Below, in pieces: positions 54,479 to 61,182 of a stretch of DNA of 64,000 nt. Under the pieces are notes generated by a model that was not told the origin of the DNA, made no database searches, and was given only the letters and a program-made list of their open reading frames with translations. Where the stretch lies: the NCBI GenBank assembly GCA_964584895.1, contig CAZPAW010000001.1:270183-334182 (forward strand), written 5' to 3'. A program made the position numbers and the translations under genes. This stretch comes from an uncultured Candidatus Saccharibacteria bacterium (GTDB lineage Bacteria > Patescibacteriota > Saccharimonadia > Saccharimonadales > JAGQNJ01). The first letter of the stretch is position 1; each line of letters starts with the position of its first letter.

Positions 54479-55128
54479 AACATCCAAGAATAGGGGTATT
54501 TGATTCTGGTGTTGGTGGCCAAGTTTTTGTTAATGCCATTAAAAAAGCCATTCCTGATGCTCAAGTTACCTACTTAACGGATACAAAAAATATTCCATAT
54601 GGTAGCAAGACTAAAACTGAACTATTAAAAATAACTAAACCATTAATAAAACAGTTAGCTAAAGAAACTGATTTGATAGTAATTGCTTGTAATACTGTCA
54701 GTACCCTGTTAATTGAAGATTTAAGAAAATTAGTAGATATACCTCTTGTTGCAGTTGAACCGATGGTAAAAACCGCTTCAAGCAAAACAAAAAGCAAGAT
54801 TATCGCTGTTTGTGCCACCCCCGCAACACTATCAAGTCCTAGATACAAACATCTGAAAAATGAATATGCAACAGGTATAGAGGTAATTGAACCTGACTGT
54901 TCGGAATGGTCGGCAATGATTCAAGCGAATGAACTTAATATGGATAAGATTGAGTCAACGATTAAAGATGTATGCAACAAAGGTGCTGATGTAATAGTGC
55001 TAGGCTGTACTCATTATCACTGGATAGAGAAAGAAATTGATGAAATTTCAGCTGATAAAGCGACAGTCTTACAGCCTGAGCAAGCGGTTATTTTGCAGGT
55101 TTTGCGAGTGCTTGAACAACTTGCTTAA
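54475..55128 (+). CDS. murI: Glutamate racemase (short form)
   Basis: IGVFDSGVGG plus both catalytic Cys motifs, ACNTVS and GCTHY. Only 217 aa. Confidence 0.8.
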   Translation: MKHPRIGVFDSGVGGQVFVNAIKKAIPDAQVTYLTDTKNIPYGSKTKTELLKITKPLIKQLAKETDLIVIACNTVSTLLIEDLRKLVDIPLVAVEPMVKTASSKTKSKIIAVCATPATLSSPRYKHLKNEYATGIEVIEPDCSEWSAMIQANELNMDKIESTIKDVCNKGADVIVLGCTHYHWIEKEIDEISADKATVLQPEQAVILQVLRVLEQLA

Positions 55129-56446
55129 ATTGCACGCCTCTCTCGATATAATTTTCAAACATATCAAAACTAGCGCATGCTGGAGATAACAAGACGACAT
55201 CTCCTTTGACGGCAAGTTTATTAGCCTGTTCGATTATCTCTGGCATTTTTACGCTTGCATCAAGGAGGGTTGTCCCGATTTTTTTCTCTGCATCGTATGC
55301 CTTTATTGTATTTATTATTTTTGGACCCATGACACCTATTCCGATTACATATTTTACGTTGCCATTTATTATTGTTTGCGCTAATTCGCTAAATTCGGCA
55401 CCTTTATCAGATCCACCTAATATCATAATTTTTGGTTGATTGAATGATTTTATTGCGACGATTGCAGTCTCGGGGGTTGTTCCGAACGAGTCATTAACAT
55501 AAGTAACTCCGTTAATATTTGCTACCATTTCCAATCGATGTTCTAGGCCTGTAAAGGCCTGCAAAACTTTCTTATATATTTTTGGTTGATAGCCGACAAT
55601 TGTCCAAGTTGCAGCTATTGATGCGCAGACATTCTCTAAATTATGTCGGCCAAGCAATTTTACATCGTGCACTTTGCAGATTTTGTGACCTTGCATATAT
55701 ATATGAGAATCTTGTATGTAGGCTCCGTTGGTTTCTATCGGCTCCTGACCGATAGCTGGCACTTCATAGCTCAACTTACGAGCTTGACTGCTATCTGCGA
55801 TTTCTTCGGAATAGGTATTAAGTGAATTGTAGACAGCGATGTTTTGTGGTGTCTGATGTGCAAATAGTTGCTCCTTAGCTTTTACGTATTCATAAAAATC
55901 ATTATGCCAGTCTAGATGTTCGGCGGTTACCATGAGGCACACTGCGATATGGGGTGAGTACTTTAGATCGATAGTCTGAAAATTAGCTAATTCAAGGACC
56001 ACCCAATCAGTGTTTTGTATATTATTTTTTAGAAGTTCGAGTGGTGGGGTGCCGATATTTCCGCCTAAATGAACATGATGACCAGCCGATTCTAAAATCT
56101 TTGCAATCAGGCTACTAGTCGTGCCTTTTCCCTTGGTGCCGGTTACGGCGATGATCGGGGCAGGGCAAACTCGAAAGAATTCATTAGTGACTGTTGTTAC
56201 CTTTTCTATGACCTCTGGATGATCAGTATTGTTATCGATGATGTTTTGAGGATGAAGTCCAGGCGAACGAACAATCAAGTCATATTCGTGTAAATTATTT
56301 AAATAATCACTACCAAAGACAGATTTGATTCCCTCTGGCACAGCTATTTGGTTGGCATCGCAAATAGTTATTTCATTGCCAGCTTGACCCCAGTATTCTA
56401 GAGCAGCTTTGCCTTGAAGACCATACCCTAAAATTGTAATTTTCAT
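55088..56446 (-). CDS. murD: UDP-N-acetylmuramoylalanine--D-glutamate ligase MurD
   Basis: GTKGKGTT P-loop and Mur ligase middle/C-terminal patterns. Its 3' end overlaps the murI 3' end by 41 nt. Confidence 0.9.
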   Translation of the reverse strand: MKITILGYGLQGKAALEYWGQAGNEITICDANQIAVPEGIKSVFGSDYLNNLHEYDLIVRSPGLHPQNIIDNNTDHPEVIEKVTTVTNEFFRVCPAPIIAVTGTKGKGTTSSLIAKILESAGHHVHLGGNIGTPPLELLKNNIQNTDWVVLELANFQTIDLKYSPHIAVCLMVTAEHLDWHNDFYEYVKAKEQLFAHQTPQNIAVYNSLNTYSEEIADSSQARKLSYEVPAIGQEPIETNGAYIQDSHIYMQGHKICKVHDVKLLGRHNLENVCASIAATWTIVGYQPKIYKKVLQAFTGLEHRLEMVANINGVTYVNDSFGTTPETAIVAIKSFNQPKIMILGGSDKGAEFSELAQTIINGNVKYVIGIGVMGPKIINTIKAYDAEKKIGTTLLDASVKMPEIIEQANKLAVKGDVVLLSPACASFDMFENYIERGVQFKQVVQALAKPAK

Positions 56447-56471
56447 ATTTTATATTGTATCAGCTTAAGGG

Positions 56472-56840
56472 TTAATTTAGTTGTGCTTTCACGACTTCGG
56501 CGACTTGTTTTGGAGTCATGTCTGCCTTTAATATAACTGCAGCAACACCCAGTTTTTTGACGTCTTCGGGGATTTCTTGTTCACCCATGTTGGTTAGGAT
56601 GATGACTTTTATTTTACTACCCCAGTTTGTCTTACGCATCTTTGCCAGCATTTCATCACCATTCATCTCTGGCATCATTAAATCCAACAATATGACGTCT
56701 GGTTTCATTTTTTCAGCCAGCTCTAATCCTAATTTGCCGTTTTCAGCAGTTTCGACTTCGTAACCTTCGGCTTCAAACTTAAAGCGATACATCTGTGAGA
56801 TTGCTTGGTCGTCTTCGATGATTGCAACTTTAGCCACCAT
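56472..56840 (-). CDS. Stand-alone response-regulator receiver domain protein (REC-1)
   Basis: EDD, phospho-acceptor D in ILLDLMMP, and the LTN and KA(D) signature residues. No output domain. Confidence 0.85.
   Translation of the reverse strand: MVAKVAIIEDDQAISQMYRFKFEAEGYEVETAENGKLGLELAEKMKPDVILLDLMMPEMNGDEMLAKMRKTNWGSKIKVIILTNMGEQEIPEDVKKLGVAAVILKADMTPKQVAEVVKAQLN
56626..56758 (-). repeat. 133-bp tract identical to 57034..57166
   Basis: Base-by-base comparison shows 133/133 identity inside otherwise diverged paralogs. The tract encodes ...VETAENGKLGLELAEKMKPDVILLDLMMPEMNGDEMLAKMRKT. Confidence 0.95.
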
Positions 56841-56879
56841 AATACATGTATCGTACCATGTTTTTTCGGGATTGTGTTT

Positions 56880-57248
56880 TTACGAAAGTGTTTTTTTAAT
56901 GATATCAATCACTTGAGTTGGCGTATATTGTGCTTTAACGATTATATCGAGAACGCCTAATTTGCTTACTGACTCTGGGATCTCTTCTTCTCCGAGATTA
57001 GTCAGGACCACAACCTTTATATTTTGACCCCACTTTGTCTTACGCATCTTTGCCAGCATTTCATCACCATTCATCTCTGGCATCATTAAATCCAACAATA
57101 TGACGTCTGGTTTCATTTTTTCAGCCAGCTCTAATCCTAATTTGCCGTTTTCAGCAGTTTCGACTTTATAGCCTTCTGCGCGAAACTTAAAACTGTACAT
57201 CTGGGATATAGCGTCGTCGTCTTCGATGATTGCAATTTTTTTTGACAT
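56880..57248 (-). CDS. Stand-alone receiver domain protein (REC-2)
   Basis: Starts at MSKKIAIIEDDD (ATG 57248, SD GAGGA upstream). Has the same REC signature residues. Confidence 0.85.
   Translation of the reverse strand: MSKKIAIIEDDDAISQMYSFKFRAEGYKVETAENGKLGLELAEKMKPDVILLDLMMPEMNGDEMLAKMRKTKWGQNIKVVVLTNLGEEEIPESVSKLGVLDIIVKAQYTPTQVIDIIKKTLS
57034..57166 (-). repeat. 133-bp tract identical to 56626..56758
   Basis: See the paired feature at 56626..56758. Confidence 0.95.
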
Positions 57249-57323
57249 AAGTTTTATCGTCCTCTTTATCGTATTTGTTATATTCCTCTGATTAGCAATT
57301 GTCAATCTTAGCTTTCAACAATC

Positions 57324-57701
57324 TTATTCTAGTAATTTTTTAACCTCCTTTATTACTTGTGAAGGGGTGAGGTCAGCCTTGACTATATATTTATCAAATT
57401 TAAGCTCCTTTAATTTTTTTGGTGCTTCGCTATAGCTGATGTTAGTAAGTACCATGACTTTCATTTTTTCGGCCCATTTAAAGCGTTGTAGTTTTTGCAA
57501 TACAACTTCGCCATCTATGATTGGTATTTTTAGATCAAGTAGCAATAGGTCTGGCTTGATGCGAATGGCTTTAATTAGCGCCTCTTTCCCATCTTCTGCC
57601 AGGCTTACCCTGATTCCGCTGGATTCAAATTTGATGCGATACATCTCCCTTATTGCATCATCGTCCTCTATTAAAAGTATCTTTTTATTTTTTGACACCA
57701 A
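57324..57701 (-). CDS. Stand-alone receiver domain protein (REC-3)
   Basis: LLIEDDD, LLLDLKIP, VLTN, VKAD. Confidence 0.85.
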   Translation of the reverse strand: MVSKNKKILLIEDDDAIREMYRIKFESSGIRVSLAEDGKEALIKAIRIKPDLLLLDLKIPIIDGEVVLQKLQRFKWAEKMKVMVLTNISYSEAPKKLKELKFDKYIVKADLTPSQVIKEVKKLLE

Positions 57702-57761
57702 AAGATGATAACCATAAACGAGTTGGTTGCCAAATTATTATCTACAACAAAGTATAAAACG

Positions 57762-58136
57762 CTAGTTTAGGATTGTTTTTATTTCTTCAATGACTTGTGA
57801 CGGTGTGTAGTGAGCTTTTACGATGTATTTTTTTACGTTTAATAGTCGTAGATTGTGGGGTGCCTCGTCACGGCTAATATTTGTTAAGATTATTACTGGT
57901 ATATCAGAGCCCCAATCCGTTTCGCGGAGTTTTTGTAGCATTTCGTCACCACTCATTACGGGCATTTTTATATCTAGTAGTATCAGATCTGGTTTGCGTT
58001 TTTTTATAATCTTTAACCCCTCTTCGCCATTGGATGCTGTAGTAACACTAAAACCCGAAAGCTCAAGTTTTAACTTGTACATTTCTTGAATAAAAGGCTC
58101 GTCTTCTATTACTGCAATCAAATTTTGATTTGGCAT
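57762..58136 (-). CDS. Stand-alone receiver domain protein (REC-4)
   Basis: AVIEDE, ILLDIKMP, ILTN, VKAH. Confidence 0.85.
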   Translation of the reverse strand: MPNQNLIAVIEDEPFIQEMYKLKLELSGFSVTTASNGEEGLKIIKKRKPDLILLDIKMPVMSGDEMLQKLRETDWGSDIPVIILTNISRDEAPHNLRLLNVKKYIVKAHYTPSQVIEEIKTILN

Positions 58137-58234
58137 GTATTATTTGTAGCACAATCTTTACTATCACAATAATTGGTTGTACAAAAACTTCAGAATTAAG
58201 AAGAAACACATGGCTTGCATAGTAATACGATAAA

Positions 58235-58243
58235 TGCTATAAT
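58235..58243 (+). promoter_or_regulatory. Extended -10 box (TGcTATAAT), 7 nt before ATG 58251
   Basis: Consensus TGnTATAAT; the gap to the start codon is 7 nt. Confidence 0.5.
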
Positions 58244-58250
58244 AATATTT

Positions 58251-58703
58251 ATGAAACATTCGGGTTTAATTAGTAGTCCTTCTGGTCGAGCAAATGAAAG
58301 ATTAATTAGAGAAGTAGAGATGTCAAGGCTTCGTGGCAAGCCATTAGATCCAGAGGCCATCGGCGTTCTTCAATCGAAGCTATATGAGTTAGCAGAAGCA
58401 GAAATAGCATGGGAAGAAGCTAGTGGTGAATTTTTTTCATCTGGTCAACAAAATAGAGCGCCAGAACCAAGCGTTCTTGTGGATATGATTAAACTAGGTA
58501 AAGTAGATGCCGTAGAAGCAGTCGATGCGCTTACTCAGCACCCTGAGCCTAGAGTTTTGATTGAACTGTCACGAACAGCCATGATAACACCAGAACAAAG
58601 AAGTAATTTGATGATAAACGTTAGCCATATTGCTCCAGATTTGGTGGGTCCAATTCAAAATGCTTGGGCAATTCAACGAGGTCTGAACTCTCAACATAAC
58701 TAG
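58251..58703 (+). CDS. Hypothetical soluble protein
   Basis: 150 aa starting at MKHSGLISS. No motif recognised. Composition looks GC-richer than the surrounding genes. Confidence 0.4.
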   Translation: MKHSGLISSPSGRANERLIREVEMSRLRGKPLDPEAIGVLQSKLYELAEAEIAWEEASGEFFSSGQQNRAPEPSVLVDMIKLGKVDAVEAVDALTQHPEPRVLIELSRTAMITPEQRSNLMINVSHIAPDLVGPIQNAWAIQRGLNSQHN

Positions 58704-58782
58704 TCCAGGAATAATCTCAGCGGGCTAATGATTCGGGATTACTCATTTTTGGTCTAGAAATATATCAGATGAAAATAAATAA

Positions 58783-58811
58783 TTGACAATTCATAAATAT
58801 TGTTATAGAAT
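58783..58811 (+). promoter_or_regulatory. Near-consensus sigma70-type promoter
   Basis: TTGACA, 17 nt, TAGAAT. Confidence 0.5.
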
Positions 58812-58833
58812 GGAATTAGTACATTTTTAGACT

Positions 58834-58886
58834 AGTCGTTCGTTTAACTTTCTTTTTTGATAAAGGAGGTCGACGAACGATTTTTT
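58834..58886 (+). promoter_or_regulatory. Terminator-like hairpin plus U-run inside the 5' leader of the 58907 gene
   Basis: Stem AGTCGTTCGTT/GACGAACGATT encloses a 27-nt loop carrying AAAGGAGG, followed by T6. The real SD TAAGGAGG and the ATG follow. Confidence 0.35.
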
Positions 58887-58906
58887 AATAAGGAGGCTTA
58901 AAAAAG

Positions 58907-59491
58907 ATGCATTTAAAAAGACACGGTGAAATTAACGATTTTAACCCATCAAGACAAAAAATATCAAAAGGCGGTAGGGTGGCCTTAGCTGGTGTAGCTT
59001 TATTAGGTGTAGGCGCAATAGGATTTGGCGTTAGCTCTATGACTAAACAAGAAGGTTTTTCAAACAATGTCAGTGATATGCAAGACTTAGCAGCGTTTAC
59101 TAGTCCAGCACATCAAGAGGATCGTCAAAATACCCAAGATGCGGTTGATGCTCAAGAAACAATGAGGCAGTTCTTTGCAGATCAAGGTGGAATAACTGAT
59201 GAACAATTAGCGCTCTTTGCGCCAAATACTGGTCTTACCGAAGAACAATTAGAAGGTTTAACTTCAACTCAACTCTATCCTTTTGACTATGATGGTCATG
59301 AGCCTGAGGCTAGTACTTCATTGATGACAAAAGGATTAATTGCCGGTGGACTTGGGCTAGGTTTACTTGCTGGCGCTGGGGTTGTTGCCGCACCATGGGC
59401 GTATGATGCTAGACGACGAAGGATGGATGAAGCTGTGCAAGCATCGGTGGATACTGCCGTTATTAGTGCATTTAGTGAACCACAGAGCTAG
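58907..59491 (+). CDS. Hypothetical two-TM membrane protein
   Basis: TM segments VALAGVALLGVGAIGFGV and GLIAGGLGLGLLAGAGVVAAPW. Strong SD. Confidence 0.45.
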   Translation: MHLKRHGEINDFNPSRQKISKGGRVALAGVALLGVGAIGFGVSSMTKQEGFSNNVSDMQDLAAFTSPAHQEDRQNTQDAVDAQETMRQFFADQGGITDEQLALFAPNTGLTEEQLEGLTSTQLYPFDYDGHEPEASTSLMTKGLIAGGLGLGLLAGAGVVAAPWAYDARRRRMDEAVQASVDTAVISAFSEPQS

Positions 59492-59568
59492 TTTTTAAGG
59501 GAATAGATATGAAATTGACAAATACGCTTATGTTTGATAATAATAAAACCAGAACCTTAGAAAATAAG

Positions 59569-59620
59569 AACAAGATGCGTTCGATTGTATTTCAGTCGAT
59601 TAACCGCATCTTGTTTTTTT
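59569..59620 (+). terminator. Intrinsic terminator (large-loop hairpin plus T7)
   Basis: 11-bp stem AACAAGATGCG/CGCATCTTGTT with a 25-nt loop, followed by TTTTTTT. Confidence 0.5.
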
Positions 59621-59636
59621 ATGAAAGGAAAAAGAT

Positions 59637-61118
59637 ATGACACTTGTTCATCCAGCACCAGCAGAGACTTTACCCCACCTATCCTTTGCTAATAGGGGCG
59701 AGTTACATGAGGGTATACATATAGATGATAACGAGTTAGTTGCTGAAATGGCTCGTCGCGGTCTACCTGACGCTAATCCTAGGCAATATTGGGTCCCAGA
59801 TGCAGAAGTGGGTAAGGGCGAGGGTTACGATCAGCAGTATTTTACGATAAAGTTCGAATCTACTGTTGCGCTTTTAGAACAAAAAGGGATTGATGTTGAC
59901 CCAAGGGATGTAGAAGATACAAGGGCATTCATTGATGAAATGTTCGGTGTCTATACTGGTAAAAATGAACCATATCGAAGGAGTGAGAAAGCGGCATTTG
60001 TCGCAGCAACTCGTTTACAGCGCAATCCGCCCGGTGGTCATACGGTATGGGATTACAGGGCTGAAACTCTTGGACCGTTGCCGATTTTGAGATATTTGGA
60101 TGAGCAATCGGCTCAAACGATGTTAGTTGGTATGGCACCATTTGTCTTGGATTACTACGGAGGAATAGATCGGAAGGACGGTAATGTGATGATCTTTTCA
60201 CCACTCTTTCTTGATCTACCAGAAGACACCGGAGATATGTTCCCTGTTATCGGTACGAATATTGCAAAAGATACTTCTTATTTTGCACGTGATCGTATGG
60301 GGGTTTACCTAGGCGGTTTGGCAGCCGGGTTGCCAAGAGTAACCGGTTGGGGTGAATTGTATAGAATACCCGGCTTTAGGACTACGACTGGCCACGGCGG
60401 TACAGCACATCTTATGATCGAGACAGGACATAGTGCTATAGAAAAAGGTTTGGTTGACCCAAAGCTTGTTGATACTCTTGGAGTTGTTGGTGTTGGTGGA
60501 ATGGGACAGGTTACGGCAGAATTAATTCTCAAAAAATATTCTGATGCTCGTGTTGCAATTAACGATTTTCGACCACCTCGTATGAGAGAAATTGCTGATA
60601 GGTTGCGCGAAACTTATGGTTCTAATCGCGTAGTTGAACTTTCTACTCCAGCTGATGTCTTAGCTGTTTCGGGTGTGACTTATTCCGCCGTGACAAGAGC
60701 TATTAATCTCGACCAAACTCATCTTGGACCAGAATCGTTATTAGATCATGTAATTGTTGATGATTCCGAGCCTAAAGCTGTGAGCGTAGAGCAAGTAGAG
60801 GCTCGGGGCGGTTATCATCTTGGAGTAATAGGTACAGATAATAGTCCTGATGGTTTTGCGACAAGCACAAGGTGGTTTTATGGTGGAGATGGCAAAAATG
60901 GGAGTAATGGACCGATGCTTCCACATCACGTGTACGGTTGTACTGCTGAAGTGGTAAGTGTTGAAAAATTGGGAACTCCTGATGACGATATCATCGCAGA
61001 AGCCACTGTTCAGGATGCAGTTAGAATGGGCGAATTACTCGAACAGGCTGGAATCACAGTTGGACCACTTCAAACCATGCGTCAAGGGATCGGCGCATCA
61101 TTAGTAGAAAAACGTTAA
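59637..61118 (+). CDS. NAD(P)-binding oxidoreductase resembling the acyl-ACP reductase / COG5322 family, with a ~190-aa extra N-terminal region
   Basis: Ordered blocks TTTGHGGTAH, Rossmann GVVGVGGMGQV, VIVDDSEPKAV and VYGCTAEVV parallel FTTGNTHTAY, VVGATGDIGS, VLIDGGYPKNL and MFACFAEAM of cyanobacterial AAR, as recalled from memory. Confidence 0.4.
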   Translation: MTLVHPAPAETLPHLSFANRGELHEGIHIDDNELVAEMARRGLPDANPRQYWVPDAEVGKGEGYDQQYFTIKFESTVALLEQKGIDVDPRDVEDTRAFIDEMFGVYTGKNEPYRRSEKAAFVAATRLQRNPPGGHTVWDYRAETLGPLPILRYLDEQSAQTMLVGMAPFVLDYYGGIDRKDGNVMIFSPLFLDLPEDTGDMFPVIGTNIAKDTSYFARDRMGVYLGGLAAGLPRVTGWGELYRIPGFRTTTGHGGTAHLMIETGHSAIEKGLVDPKLVDTLGVVGVGGMGQVTAELILKKYSDARVAINDFRPPRMREIADRLRETYGSNRVVELSTPADVLAVSGVTYSAVTRAINLDQTHLGPESLLDHVIVDDSEPKAVSVEQVEARGGYHLGVIGTDNSPDGFATSTRWFYGGDGKNGSNGPMLPHHVYGCTAEVVSVEKLGTPDDDIIAEATVQDAVRMGELLEQAGITVGPLQTMRQGIGASLVEKR

Positions 61119-61166
61119 TAAATACAATATTTCGTTAAAAGATAGACCACTATCTGACGTATGAGA

Positions 61167-61175
61167 TGGTACTAT
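61167..61175 (+). promoter_or_regulatory. Extended -10 box (TGgTACTAT), 7 nt before ATG 61183
   Basis: TGn plus hexamer; the gap to the start codon is 7 nt. Confidence 0.45.
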
Positions 61176-61182
61176 ATAGATA

